Shown: positions 9,717-19,656 of the stretch, piece after piece
Layout: the number at the start of each line of letters is the position of its first letter
How positions within the stretch are numbered: the first letter of the stretch is position 1
From: a virus
Taxonomy: Duplodnaviria > Caudoviricetes
Length of the DNA stretch: 60,768 nucleotides
Direction: 5' to 3' (one strand)
Virus record (IMG/VR): IMGVR_UViG_3300027985_001221
Span: 1-60,768 of that record
Program-made: the position numbers and the translations under genes
The notes under the pieces: generated by a model
What the model was told of the DNA's origin: nothing
Seen by the model: only the letters and a program-made list of their open reading frames with translations
The model's database searches: none

Positions 9717-9949
9717 TTTGGAGAATGAGAGGAACCGCCATCATAGGAAGGATTAATGAAAAAATGGTGGCAACGGTATCTCCCAATGTTTTTTGTCAAA
9801 AGGAATCAAATGACCGGTACAATGTATTTGTATTGTTACCCAATGAAAAGGGCGATACAATGCATGTACATGAGGAAGACTCGGTTAAAGCAAAAGCATT
9901 AGCTGAAAAGATGGTTAATGACTGGTTTAAAGAGGTATGTAATGGTTAA
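9659..9949 (+). CDS. Hypothetical protein (tandem paralogue B)
   Basis: Aligns by eye with 9447..9716; start uncertain. Confidence 0.6.
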   Translation: MAGVEDKNMDGENKTLSSIIWRMRGTAIIGRINEKMVATVSPNVFCQKESNDRYNVFVLLPNEKGDTMHVHEEDSVKAKALAEKMVNDWFKEVCNG

Positions 9950-11654
9950 AATTCATTTTAAGGGTACCAAGTTCAGAATAAACTGCGGGTATCATGAAAA
10001 TGACTTTCCCACATCTCTTCCTGATGTAAAATGGCACAAGGCGACTAAAACTTGGCTTGCCAATCCTACCAGACTCAATGTATCAACAATGCATGAGTTG
10101 ATACCGAAGTTCAAAGCTATTGTCTCCCCGGAGGCACTGCAGAAAATATCAGAGGTAATGGAGGTAAAGATAACTACTTCTGATGTTTGGCCTGAAAATT
10201 ACGTATTCCATCGGACACCAAAACCCCATCAGCTTGATGGTGTCCGATTCCTTTATCCAATAAGAAACTCTGCATTATTGATGGATGTTGGTACTGGTAA
10301 AACTCAGGTGGCAATCGATGTAGCAAATGCCAGATATCAAAATAACATAATCAATGGGGTACTGGTAGTTGGCCTAGTATCAATTAAGTATAACTGGAGA
10401 GATGAAATATTGATAGAGGTTCCTGATGCTGATATCCATGTATTGGAAACAGCGGGGGCCGGGGTCAAGAATTATCACAAGTGGCTACAGAAAGAGGGAG
10501 GATTTAAGTGGCTAATTGTGGGTGTTGAATCATTTTCCAATGGTAGTGCTTATGAATTGTGTGAGATATTCTTGGCATCGGGCGGTAAGACAATAATAGT
10601 TGATGAATCATCCAGTATCAAGACACATAATGCTAGGCGAACTGAAAAGTGTATAGAGCTCGGTAAAAAAAGTAATTACAAAATGATAATGACCGGGACA
10701 CCAATAACACAAGGGCTACAGGACTTTTATTCTCAATTCGAGTTTTTGGACCCTGATATCATAGGAGTGGGAAACTTCTATGCTTTCAGAGGAAGATACA
10801 TGGTGATGGGTGGAAAAGATAATAAGATCCTGCTTGGCTATAAGAAAATGGATGAAGTGATCAGGGCAACAAAGCCTCACATATTCCAAGTTAGAAAGCG
10901 TGATGTTTTGAAGGATCTCCCGGAATCGTCCTACGCAGTTAGGTCGGTGGAGATGACAGGGGAGCAGAAAGCACTCTACAAAGAGCTTAAGGATAAGTTA
11001 AGGGTAGAGTATAATGGCAATAAGCTCACTGTGAAAAACGCAATGAATGTGATCCAACGATTGTCAGAAATCACGGGCGGAAACATAACCTATGAAATTG
11101 AGAACCCTGATATTTTGACTCGGGAAAAGAGGCCAATAATCTACCAGAGACAAAGGCTCAAAACAGCCCCCAAAGCATTAGAGTTAAAGAATTTTATAAA
11201 TGAATGCTCGGCTGATGATTCCATAATTATTTGGGCCGTTTGGACTGATGAAATCGATATAATAACTGAAATGTTGAGCGGTTCATTCCCACGAGATGAA
11301 TTTCTGACCATCCGGGGTGGGGGCACTGCCGAGGAAAGGCATAACATTGTTTCTGAGTTCAACAAGAAGAATGCCAGATTCCTAGTAGGAAATCAAAGGG
11401 TTGGTGGTATTGGCCTAAACATGACAGTATCATCAACGATGGTGTATTATAGTAACGATTTTTCACTGGAAAAACGGATACAGAGTGAGGGAAGGATAGA
11501 GCGAATGGGACAATTAAACAAGATGCTCTATGTCGATCTTCTCTGCCGTGGTTCAGTGGATGTAATGTCACATCAAGCACTGGCAAATAAGAACGATTTT
11601 GCCGAAACAGTCAGGGCAGCATTCGATAATGGAGGGTTATTAGATCTGATATGA
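9942..11654 (+). CDS. SNF2-family (SF2) helicase
   Basis: DVGTGKT Walker A, VDESS, MTGTP, GGIGLNM and QSEGRIERMGQ motifs. Confidence 0.92.
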   Translation: MVKIHFKGTKFRINCGYHENDFPTSLPDVKWHKATKTWLANPTRLNVSTMHELIPKFKAIVSPEALQKISEVMEVKITTSDVWPENYVFHRTPKPHQLDGVRFLYPIRNSALLMDVGTGKTQVAIDVANARYQNNIINGVLVVGLVSIKYNWRDEILIEVPDADIHVLETAGAGVKNYHKWLQKEGGFKWLIVGVESFSNGSAYELCEIFLASGGKTIIVDESSSIKTHNARRTEKCIELGKKSNYKMIMTGTPITQGLQDFYSQFEFLDPDIIGVGNFYAFRGRYMVMGGKDNKILLGYKKMDEVIRATKPHIFQVRKRDVLKDLPESSYAVRSVEMTGEQKALYKELKDKLRVEYNGNKLTVKNAMNVIQRLSEITGGNITYEIENPDILTREKRPIIYQRQRLKTAPKALELKNFINECSADDSIIIWAVWTDEIDIITEMLSGSFPRDEFLTIRGGGTAEERHNIVSEFNKKNARFLVGNQRVGGIGLNMTVSSTMVYYSNDFSLEKRIQSEGRIERMGQLNKMLYVDLLCRGSVDVMSHQALANKNDFAETVRAAFDNGGLLDLI

Positions 11655-11854
11655 AGAAAATAACAATTGAAAAGTTCGTACCATCCTGTAGAACATGTCC
11701 CTATGTAACTAATAGTTCAAAGGAGCATGATGACCCCTTTACTTCGGAGCCCCATCCCACAACATGGTGGTGTACTAGCCCGAAGAACAAGGGAATCAAT
11801 GAAAATTTCATAATAATGGACCCTTATAAAGTTGATGATAAGTGTCCAGAATAG
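11651..11854 (+). CDS. Small Cys-containing hypothetical protein
   Basis: CRTCPY...C...CP. Confidence 0.55.
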   Translation: MKKITIEKFVPSCRTCPYVTNSSKEHDDPFTSEPHPTTWWCTSPKNKGINENFIIMDPYKVDDKCPE

Positions 11855-11864
11855 GGGGAATCAA

Positions 11865-12233
11865 ATGAATTATAATAATGAGTATCCAGAGTCAGCAAGC
11901 ATAAAATCAGCATGTATGGAAGATATTGAGGTGCGAATGAAACGGGAAATGAAAACGTTGAAAATCGCCATTAATGCTGAAAATGCCGTGGTTGACCTGA
12001 TGGATATGCATGGTACCAGTAAGGGTGGAATGGAAACACTCGGTCAGGCATGCTTTGTTCGGCATCGGTCAGAGATGACCATAAAAAAGTTGGAGGAAGA
12101 GCACAGGAAAAAAGAGGAAGCTGACAAAAAGCACGAGCAGGAAATCATTAACAGGGCTCGTGAAATTGAACGTCGGCACCATGGGGCCAAATTAACTGAG
12201 GACATGTTGAAGAAAGACTCTAACAAAGAATAG
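11865..12233 (+). CDS. Hypothetical protein with coiled-coil C-terminus
   Basis: ORF 11832..12233, likely start 11865. Confidence 0.6.
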   Translation: MNYNNEYPESASIKSACMEDIEVRMKREMKTLKIAINAENAVVDLMDMHGTSKGGMETLGQACFVRHRSEMTIKKLEEEHRKKEEADKKHEQEIINRAREIERRHHGAKLTEDMLKKDSNKE

Positions 12234-12262
12234 GGGGAGGGGGCATTGTCCCCCTTAATCAA

Positions 12263-12574
12263 ATGTCGGATAACATAACAGTTATTAACATGCCAAAGGC
12301 AATGGGATTGGGCGAAAAAATTGATAGCATTCAAATACGAATTGATACTCCTGTCAGAGAGTTCACATCGATGGAAGATGCTAGAGAATATTATCAGGGC
12401 ACAGCACAGATTTTTGTGAACCTGATACTTCGGACACTCCCCGGTGGGTTGACTGATGCTATCCTTGCCGAATTAATGAGGAAGAAGGCATCCATATTGG
12501 CTGTCCCCGCTATCGGCAGGGATGATCAGACTAAGAACCCCGTGGATTTCGGGGAAATAGTGTTGGATGTGTGA
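12263..12574 (+). CDS. Hypothetical protein
   Basis: 103-aa ORF. Confidence 0.6.
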   Translation: MSDNITVINMPKAMGLGEKIDSIQIRIDTPVREFTSMEDAREYYQGTAQIFVNLILRTLPGGLTDAILAELMRKKASILAVPAIGRDDQTKNPVDFGEIVLDV

Positions 12575-12578
12575 CAAC

Positions 12579-12719
12579 ATGGAAAGAAAAATACGAAATC
12601 TAATTATAGGGACGTTAGTGATTGTGGGGCTTTTGATAACCATGGTGTATAGTGTCAGTGGGACAAAGAACATGGTTAAGATAACCCGTGATACAAAGGA
12701 GATACGTCTCTCTTTGTAG
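12579..12719 (+). CDS. Small membrane protein (46 aa)
   Basis: Read manually: MERKIRNLIIGTLVIVGLLITMVYSV..., one hydrophobic helix. Confidence 0.5.
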   Translation: MERKIRNLIIGTLVIVGLLITMVYSVSGTKNMVKITRDTKEIRLSL

Positions 12720-12727
12720 TAAGAGGC

Positions 12728-12757
12728 TTGACAGGATACCGGTCGGTGTGGTATAAT
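12728..12757 (+). promoter_or_regulatory. Sigma70-type promoter
   Basis: TTGACA-18nt-TATAAT with TG extension. Confidence 0.8.
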
Positions 12758-12812
12758 GGGGCTTACGATGGACGATGACAGCAATTTTTAACCAAAACCA
12801 AGGAGAATTATC

Positions 12813-13352
12813 ATGAACGATCAGAGCGAAAACACTGAAATTATCGAAGAGACTGTTGCTCCCGTAACAGAAGCACCTGAGGCAACTGCACCTGCAGAGC
12901 CCGAAGGTCACAAAAATGCACTCGGCGTCGACCTGCCCCCGGAAGGGACAATGGTAATGTGCGATGATGGCGTTGAACGTCCGGTAGTATACCGTGAGAC
13001 TGCCATCAAGGAAGGTGTCAACCGCTATTTCACTGGTCTTGCCTGTCAGAATGGGCATATGTGTGAACGTAAAGTGAAAGGGTACCTGTGCACCACCTGC
13101 GGTCGTAATCGGCAAAAGGATCGTATCAAATCTAAACTTGCCACCGATCCCGAGTTTAAGGCAAAGCAGAAATCCAAACGTGCTGAACGCCTGAAAAGAA
13201 AATATCAGGAAGACCCGGATTACAAATCCAAACAACTGGCCAAAGCAAAGGAGCGTCGGGCCAAAAAAGCGGAGATCCGCAAAGCAGAAAACATTCGCCT
13301 CAAGGCAGAAGCAGAAGCAAAGGGAGAAACTGCGGGATCTGCCACTGCTTAA
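12813..13352 (+). CDS. Putative Zn-binding, Lys/Arg-rich DNA-binding protein
   Basis: RYFTGxxCxxGH...CxxC followed by a long basic helix. Confidence 0.7.
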   Translation: MNDQSENTEIIEETVAPVTEAPEATAPAEPEGHKNALGVDLPPEGTMVMCDDGVERPVVYRETAIKEGVNRYFTGLACQNGHMCERKVKGYLCTTCGRNRQKDRIKSKLATDPEFKAKQKSKRAERLKRKYQEDPDYKSKQLAKAKERRAKKAEIRKAENIRLKAEAEAKGETAGSATA

Positions 13353-13385
13353 TTGTTAACCCCTACATAATAGGAAAAAACCAGC

Positions 13386-13775
13386 ATGAACAAAAAGTTG
13401 AATGATCTATTCGAAAAAACTGTGGAAGAAGAGGTCAAATCCAGAGTAGATAATATTCTTGTGAATAATATTGAAATGGAAAAAGTGGCTGAAATTCTCA
13501 AATCAGTTAGCGAAGGATTGATGACTGCATATGCTGCCCATATGAAGGCATGCAAGGAGCTTGACAAAATCCTCCCGAACGATTTAAAGGGGATACTAAC
13601 TGAACACAGGAATCAGCGTGGTACCCCCTTTAGGTCAGGAGAACCATGGAGCACCGAAGAAGAGATACAATTGATAAACATGCTTCACACCACAATGGAT
13701 GAATTTGCCAACAAATGTGGTAGATCTTACGGTGCCATCAGATCAAAGGCAAAAAAGATTTTCATTCAGGAATAG
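13386..13775 (+). CDS. Protein with C-terminal Myb/SANT-like HTH
   Basis: PWSTEEEIQL...GRSYGAIRSKAKK. Confidence 0.55.
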   Translation: MNKKLNDLFEKTVEEEVKSRVDNILVNNIEMEKVAEILKSVSEGLMTAYAAHMKACKELDKILPNDLKGILTEHRNQRGTPFRSGEPWSTEEEIQLINMLHTTMDEFANKCGRSYGAIRSKAKKIFIQE

Positions 13776-13784
13776 GGGGAATCA

Positions 13785-14207
13785 ATGGATTACAAAACAT
13801 ATGAAGGAATGTCTCTAGTTGGACTCATTAAGGAAATGGGTGACGTCAAAGAGCAACTGGATAAGGTAACGGAGGAAAAGACAGCACTTCAAAAAACATA
13901 TGATTACCTCCGAATCAATCTTATTCCTGAATTAATGGCAGATGATGATCTGTCGACCATTACCGTAGATGGGGTTGGAAGGGTGTCCCTCACGGCTGAT
14001 ATCTATTCGAGTGTGCCATCTGAAAAGAAAGAGGCGGCATATGAATGGCTGCGGGAGCATCAACTCGGGGATATCATCAAGGAAACAATCAATTCGGGCA
14101 CTCTCAAAGCCACCATTAAAGCCCTCATGAAGAAAGGTGAGGAAGTGCCGGGGGATATATTCAAAGTGACCCCCTACACAAGGGCAAGTATTACCAAGGT
14201 TAAATAG
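13785..14207 (+). CDS. Conserved phage replication-region protein (coiled coil plus small beta domain)
   Basis: AYEWLREHQLGDIIKETI..TLKA pattern, of the kind seen in phage replication modules. Confidence 0.65.
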   Translation: MDYKTYEGMSLVGLIKEMGDVKEQLDKVTEEKTALQKTYDYLRINLIPELMADDDLSTITVDGVGRVSLTADIYSSVPSEKKEAAYEWLREHQLGDIIKETINSGTLKATIKALMKKGEEVPGDIFKVTPYTRASITKVK

Positions 14208-14329
14208 ACTATACGGTTCGCCATGCAAGTACATTGAAAAGGGGGTGGTTCCATTGGGCTAGTTATTGGTAGTATATATAAATGAAGAGCCAATTTCAAA
14301 GTAAAATTTCCAGATAGACCTGTTTTGTT

Positions 14330-14363
14330 AGGGTCAGTTCCACAGGGGGACTGGCCCATTTTT
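14330..14363 (+). terminator. Putative intrinsic terminator
   Basis: GGGTCAGTTCC/GGGACTGGCCC stem followed by ATTTTT. Confidence 0.5.
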
Positions 14364-14399
14364 CCAACATAGAATATACCGCTAAAGGTAGGTAACCAA

Positions 14400-15176
14400 A
14401 TGTCAAACAAAGAAGAAAAAAAGAACGAATTAACAGAGGCCAATTCCAATCAGATCATTATTGCATCAGGTGATGAACTACCCGCATACTTAAAAACTGA
14501 TTCGAACAGGGGATCCGAAGATGTTGGTATTGAAGATCTTACCATCCCCCGCCTTGAAATTGTCCAGGCCCTCTCCCCTTGCCGCAAAAAAACAAATGCC
14601 GCATACATCGAGGGGTGTGAAGAAGGCCAATTATATAATAGCATTACCCGTGAAATCTACGGTGACAAAGTTTTCATTATCCCGGTCGTATTCAAAAAGC
14701 AATGGCTCATTTGGAAAGATCGTGATGCAGGTGGCGGTTTCAAAGGTGCCTATGATACTGCCGAATTAGCAGCAGAAAGATTGATTGAGCTCGAAGAGGA
14801 AAATGCTGTTGGGCCATTTGAATCAGTGGACACTGCTCAACATATCTGCCTGTTGCTTAAACCTAATGGCAAGATCGAAGAGATTGCTATCTCGATGGCC
14901 AAGTCAAAAATGAAAGTGTCCCGTAAATTTAACTCCCTCGTCCGTATCAATGGCGGCGACAGATTCTCCCGTGTATATGAAGTAAGAACGGTAGAGGACA
15001 AATCTGAGAAGGGTGAATATATTAATCTCGACATCAAAACCATCGGCTTCCCATCGGAGGAAATGTACAGGAAAGCCGAGATACTCTTCGATGACATCAA
15101 ATCTGGCAAGCGCGAAGTAAAAGTCAGCGATAAATTCGATGAGGATACTGTTATGGAGGGTGACGTCAAGATCTGA
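14400..15176 (+). CDS. Putative phage-type single-stranded DNA-binding protein
   Basis: DLTIPRLEIVQALSP motif, acidic C-tail, position next to helicase and polymerase. Confidence 0.55.
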   Translation: MSNKEEKKNELTEANSNQIIIASGDELPAYLKTDSNRGSEDVGIEDLTIPRLEIVQALSPCRKKTNAAYIEGCEEGQLYNSITREIYGDKVFIIPVVFKKQWLIWKDRDAGGGFKGAYDTAELAAERLIELEEENAVGPFESVDTAQHICLLLKPNGKIEEIAISMAKSKMKVSRKFNSLVRINGGDRFSRVYEVRTVEDKSEKGEYINLDIKTIGFPSEEMYRKAEILFDDIKSGKREVKVSDKFDEDTVMEGDVKI

Positions 15177-15289
15177 CAGCCCTTTAGTACAGTTCAATGA
15201 TTCAGAGGGATGATAGGTGACACCTCCCGTTGCCGACAAGTGGCCTCCATCACTTCATCCCTTTTTTCTATTGGAGGCATGGTGACACA

Positions 15290-16717
15290 ATGAAATCAAC
15301 AGTTGTTTTGGGTAGCCCCGGCACAGGTAAAACTAGCAACTTGATTAAACGGATTGAAGAAGAAATTGAATCCGGCACTTCCAAAGACAGAATCCACGTA
15401 GTATCCCACACAAGAGTAGCAGCAAACGAAATAAAAGATAGGGCAGGTGCGCATGGTATCAATGCGTCAACTATCCACAGTATGGCATACCGATTCGGTG
15501 AGTTCATAAAAGAACAGGTTGTGTATGGCAAAGAGCTCAAAGACTTCTCGGAAAAATTAGGAATTCCTATGAAGGGCTTTGTTGACGCCACCTTCGATGC
15601 TTTAGAGGTCGGGGACGAGTACATCGCCATCATGAACGTTGCCAACAACACGATGTTGCCCTATGAGCAGGTCTACAAAAACTCTCACAGACCTGGGAAC
15701 TACAATGAATTCAAGTATTTCTACGAGAATTATGAGCATTGGAAGAGGGTGAATGGATTCATCGACTTCAATGACATGATAAAAGTGGGTAAATACGTTG
15801 GTGAGGACCCGATAGAAATCCTATTCATTGACGAGGCACAAGACCTATCAAAGTTGCAATGGGCATTCCTGCATGGGGTGATCAGGGAAAACAAGGTAAA
15901 AAAGGTAATTGTAACTGGCGATCCCGATCAGTCTCTATTCATTTGGGGCGGGGCCGATCGAAGTGGTATGATCAACTTCATAAAAGACTACAAGGCAAAA
16001 GTAGTTGAACTAGATCAATCATATCGAGTACCAATTAACGTCCATAGGATAAGTAGAGACATCATCTCAAGAGTGTCCAATCGGATTGACAAAACATACC
16101 ACCCAGCAGGACACTCCGGGATAATAAGGAAATACTCATCAGCGGATATGCTAGATTTTGACGATGGCGAAACTCTAGTGTTGTATAGAAACCATTCATT
16201 CAGGAGGGATATAGAAGGAATACTAATAGAAAAAGGGCTACCATATAGAGTATTAAATGGAAGACCCGGATTGTTTGAAAACAAATACTCAAATGCAATA
16301 CGTGCAGTACGAAAGATACAGAAAATGGGGCCAAATGATGTTGTTCCCCGGAGTATAGTCAACTGCATAAAATTAGTAGCCACCCCCAAGGCAAAAAAGA
16401 TACTAGAAAAGGGTGAGTTCAGCAAATTATTCACAATGAGGAGGAATGAAGTAATATCGTTCCCATTCAGTGAATGCCAATACTACATGGGGGTGGATGT
16501 ATCAAAGGAACCTAATATACTACTGTCATCAATACACGGGGCTAAAGGTATGGAGGCCGACAGGGTGATTTTATTAAACAGCATCACTCAAAGGGTGAGT
16601 GAAGAAATGTATAATGACCCTGACCCCGAGCATCAAGTATGGTATGTGGCAGTAACTAGGTCTAAGAATAAATTAGATATAGTCGATGGCTATGACGGAG
16701 ACATGTATAACATATGA
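15290..16717 (+). CDS. UvrD/Rep-like SF1 helicase
   Basis: GSPGTGKT, IDEAQD, GDPDQS, QSYR, HGAKGME, YVAVTRS. Confidence 0.92.
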   Translation: MKSTVVLGSPGTGKTSNLIKRIEEEIESGTSKDRIHVVSHTRVAANEIKDRAGAHGINASTIHSMAYRFGEFIKEQVVYGKELKDFSEKLGIPMKGFVDATFDALEVGDEYIAIMNVANNTMLPYEQVYKNSHRPGNYNEFKYFYENYEHWKRVNGFIDFNDMIKVGKYVGEDPIEILFIDEAQDLSKLQWAFLHGVIRENKVKKVIVTGDPDQSLFIWGGADRSGMINFIKDYKAKVVELDQSYRVPINVHRISRDIISRVSNRIDKTYHPAGHSGIIRKYSSADMLDFDDGETLVLYRNHSFRRDIEGILIEKGLPYRVLNGRPGLFENKYSNAIRAVRKIQKMGPNDVVPRSIVNCIKLVATPKAKKILEKGEFSKLFTMRRNEVISFPFSECQYYMGVDVSKEPNILLSSIHGAKGMEADRVILLNSITQRVSEEMYNDPDPEHQVWYVAVTRSKNKLDIVDGYDGDMYNI

Positions 16718-18543
16718 TATTTCCAAACATAATAGACGAAAGTTTAATATCAATAGACACAGAAACCACCAGCTTGGATTGGATGGAGTGTCATTGGTTT
16801 GGATTCTCACTGTCATTTGCGGATGATCAGGATTTTTATTTCGATCTGCGGGAGACACCTAAAGCCCTGGATTGGCTAAGGGACTCTTTGAAATATTACA
16901 GGGGGAGGATCGTAAATCACAACCTTAAATATGATGCACACGTCCTTAGGGAGAATGGAGTGGACATCATAGACCATAACATTGAATGTACTATGGTCAG
17001 GGCATGCCTGATCGATGAAAATAGAATCCTATACAATCTGGATGACGTAGCAAAGGACTGCATAGGAAGAGGAAAAGTTGATCCATATAAAGAGTTGGCT
17101 GGTCTATTTGGAGGTAAGGCCACCCGGAAAGATCAGATAGGAAATCTGGTTAGAGCACCTGTAGATCTAGTTAGTAGGTATGCAAAGGGTGACTCTCGCA
17201 CTGCCCTCGATCTGTGGAAATGGCAAGAAGACGTCATAAATAAAGATGACATATATGGTAATAACCTTTCCAATGTGTCCGGTCTGGAAAATGACGTATT
17301 GAAAGTAATCATAGACATGGAAAGCCATGGAGTAAAGGTCGATATAGACAGGGCCGAAAGATCAATGTATGAATTGGGGAGGGAGATAGACAGGGGCAAA
17401 AAAGAATTGAATAATCTGGCCGGATTTTCAGTCAACCCCAATCCTAGTGGATCTATCCACAAACTGTTCAATCCCAAATGGGACGATCAGACCGGAAAAT
17501 GGGTACTGTGCGATGGGACACTCACAGATTCAACAGAGGGTGGCAAAGCATCAATAGGGGCCGAGACATTGTTACGTATGTCCCATCCAGCAGCAGCCAT
17601 GATCTTGAGAATCAGAAAGCTTGCAAAATGTCGAGGTACGTTCATACAGAAACATATCCTTGAGAAACATAAAAATGGGAGGGTATATCCCAACATCAAT
17701 CAATGCAAGGGGGATGATGGTGGTACTAAAACTGGTAGATTGAGCTATGTTGACCCAGCATTGCAACAGATCCCATCCAGAGATAAAGAGATATCATCAA
17801 TGACTAGGGTATTATTTTTACCAGAGGATGGTGATAATTGGTACAGATTGGATTACAGTCAGGCTGATATGAGGGCCTTTGTGCATTACACCCAATCCCC
17901 GCCATTAATGGCAGCATATAAGAGGGATAAATACACAGATCTCCACAACCTCACTGCTAGTCTGACAGGACTTCCCCGAAATGCCCCGCACAGTGGTGGT
18001 GCCAATGCAAAACAGATAGGATTGGGCCTGATCTTCTCCATGGGAGAGGGTAAGATGGCTCAAGAAATGTCATTACCCTTCACCACCCGAGAGGGTAAAG
18101 GAAGGATATGGTTGGAACCGGGGGAGGAAGCATTAGAAATATTCTCACGTTTCCATGCTGCTGTTCCTGGGGTAAAGGAATTTTCCAAAAGGGCGGTTTC
18201 GGTCGCCAGAAACAGAGGATATGTAATATCGTTGATGGGAAGATTCCTTAGATTCCCGGACAAACACTTTTGCTACAAAGCAGCTGGATATCTTTATCAG
18301 TCGGCCACAGCAGAGTTCAACAAGGTCAAGATGGTTGATACGTGGAGAATGACCAGATATTCCGACACAAGACTCATACTATCAGTTCATGATGAATTGA
18401 ATTTTAGCTCTAATAATCCCGATAGAATGGATAAGGTGAAAGAAGAGATGGAAGATTTTCAATCACCAAAGGCTAGGTTAAAATTAAAAGTTCCGATGGT
18501 AGCAGATATGGGATCGGGACAGAACTGGTATGAGGCCAAATAA
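16714..18543 (+). CDS. dpoZ: Family A DNA polymerase (3'-5' exonuclease plus polymerase, no 5' nuclease), DpoZ-type
   Basis: DTETT and HNLKYD exonuclease motifs; TGRLS; DYSQ motif A; variant motif B PRN..HSGGANAKQIGLGLIF; KAAGYLYQ; VHDE motif C; purZ nearby. Confidence 0.85.
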   Translation: MIFPNIIDESLISIDTETTSLDWMECHWFGFSLSFADDQDFYFDLRETPKALDWLRDSLKYYRGRIVNHNLKYDAHVLRENGVDIIDHNIECTMVRACLIDENRILYNLDDVAKDCIGRGKVDPYKELAGLFGGKATRKDQIGNLVRAPVDLVSRYAKGDSRTALDLWKWQEDVINKDDIYGNNLSNVSGLENDVLKVIIDMESHGVKVDIDRAERSMYELGREIDRGKKELNNLAGFSVNPNPSGSIHKLFNPKWDDQTGKWVLCDGTLTDSTEGGKASIGAETLLRMSHPAAAMILRIRKLAKCRGTFIQKHILEKHKNGRVYPNINQCKGDDGGTKTGRLSYVDPALQQIPSRDKEISSMTRVLFLPEDGDNWYRLDYSQADMRAFVHYTQSPPLMAAYKRDKYTDLHNLTASLTGLPRNAPHSGGANAKQIGLGLIFSMGEGKMAQEMSLPFTTREGKGRIWLEPGEEALEIFSRFHAAVPGVKEFSKRAVSVARNRGYVISLMGRFLRFPDKHFCYKAAGYLYQSATAEFNKVKMVDTWRMTRYSDTRLILSVHDELNFSSNNPDRMDKVKEEMEDFQSPKARLKLKVPMVADMGSGQNWYEAK

Positions 18544-19043
18544 TGAGATTTGAAATAGTCAGGTTTGATAAAGACTATCATCAAGTAGTAGAATCAGTGA
18601 TGATGGATTTTAATAATATACACGATGCGGAAAAATACTGTGAAGGTGCATCCGGGTGCGGAGAGGAATACTATGTAAAGTGCACCAAGCAGGATAACAT
18701 AAAAATAATCGATGAATTGGTTAGGCAAACCGATGTATCGAGTTTTATGTGGCGGGATAAATATGGAGCATATCATAATCCTGGGAGAATGAGAACAAGC
18801 TATTTATTCTTCGTATTGAGAATGATATGGAATCATGTCGTTCCTGATAAGTATAAATTATTCCCATATAAGCAGTATAGTTTCAGTAGCCACTATACAG
18901 TAGAATATATGGCCAATGCAGTAAAATATATTTACAAAGAATTGATGAAAAGAAATGATTTAGAGCAGAGATGGTTAAATGAATTGGCAGAAATGGATAG
19001 AAGTATTAAAGAGATGCAAAAAATGAGGTGTATCAGTGAATAA
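18543..19043 (+). CDS. Hypothetical protein
   Basis: TAATG-coupled to the polymerase. Confidence 0.65.
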   Translation: MRFEIVRFDKDYHQVVESVMMDFNNIHDAEKYCEGASGCGEEYYVKCTKQDNIKIIDELVRQTDVSSFMWRDKYGAYHNPGRMRTSYLFFVLRMIWNHVVPDKYKLFPYKQYSFSSHYTVEYMANAVKYIYKELMKRNDLEQRWLNELAEMDRSIKEMQKMRCISE

Positions 19044-19221
19044 AAATGAAGAGGAATATACCATGGATCTGCTATTGGAGAGGGAACATGCTGTTCTAGT
19101 GTCCGATGGCGATGATGAATATTGGTTACCAAAAAGTCAGATCGAAATTAAAAAGATATCGGGGGAATCGGTAATTGTCACCATACCAGACTGGTTGGCA
19201 AAGGATAAGGGCATAATCTGA
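19036..19221 (+). CDS. Small conserved phage protein (WLPKSQI motif)
   Basis: AVLV..G...WLPKSQIE...IPDWLA. Confidence 0.65.
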   Translation: MNKNEEEYTMDLLLEREHAVLVSDGDDEYWLPKSQIEIKKISGESVIVTIPDWLAKDKGII

Positions 19222-19412
19222 TGTTTAAAGGAGAAAAAGTAATCGGGGTGAATGTCAACAGTCACAGAGGATTTCTATCTGTGACAACTAAAGATACAAA
19301 TAACAACCATAAAACATATGAATTCGGGTATGGGGCATACAAAGAACATGCAGATAAGGTTCAAAAAATATTGGATGCCACCGACGAATTATTGAAATCA
19401 GTCAGGAACTGA
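19221..19412 (+). CDS. Hypothetical protein
   Basis: Coupled ORF. Confidence 0.55.
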   Translation: MFKGEKVIGVNVNSHRGFLSVTTKDTNNNHKTYEFGYGAYKEHADKVQKILDATDELLKSVRN

Positions 19413-19427
19413 TATATCAAACAATCA

Positions 19428-19456
19428 TTGACAGCGGGGGCTCAGCGTGGTATAAT
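19428..19456 (+). promoter_or_regulatory. Sigma70-type promoter of the purZ-containing operon
   Basis: TTGACA-17nt-TATAAT with TG extension. Confidence 0.85.
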
Positions 19457-19473
19457 GGAAGGAGGTGATAGCA

Positions 19474-19656
19474 GTGCCCAACACAGTTAGAAAAATCAAT
19501 GGAAAATGGAGAGTAGTGGAAAAAGCCACTGGAAAAGTAACAACTAATTCGGCTGGCACCCCGGTGGATGGACCGGGACACTCCTCAAAAGCAGGGGCGG
19601 AAAGACAGGCTGCAGCCATAAACATCAACCAACACAAGAAAAAGAGGAAGAGATGA
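19474..19656 (+). CDS. Small basic protein
   Basis: GGAGGT RBS then GTG at 19474. Confidence 0.6.
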   Translation: MPNTVRKINGKWRVVEKATGKVTTNSAGTPVDGPGHSSKAGAERQAAAININQHKKKRKR

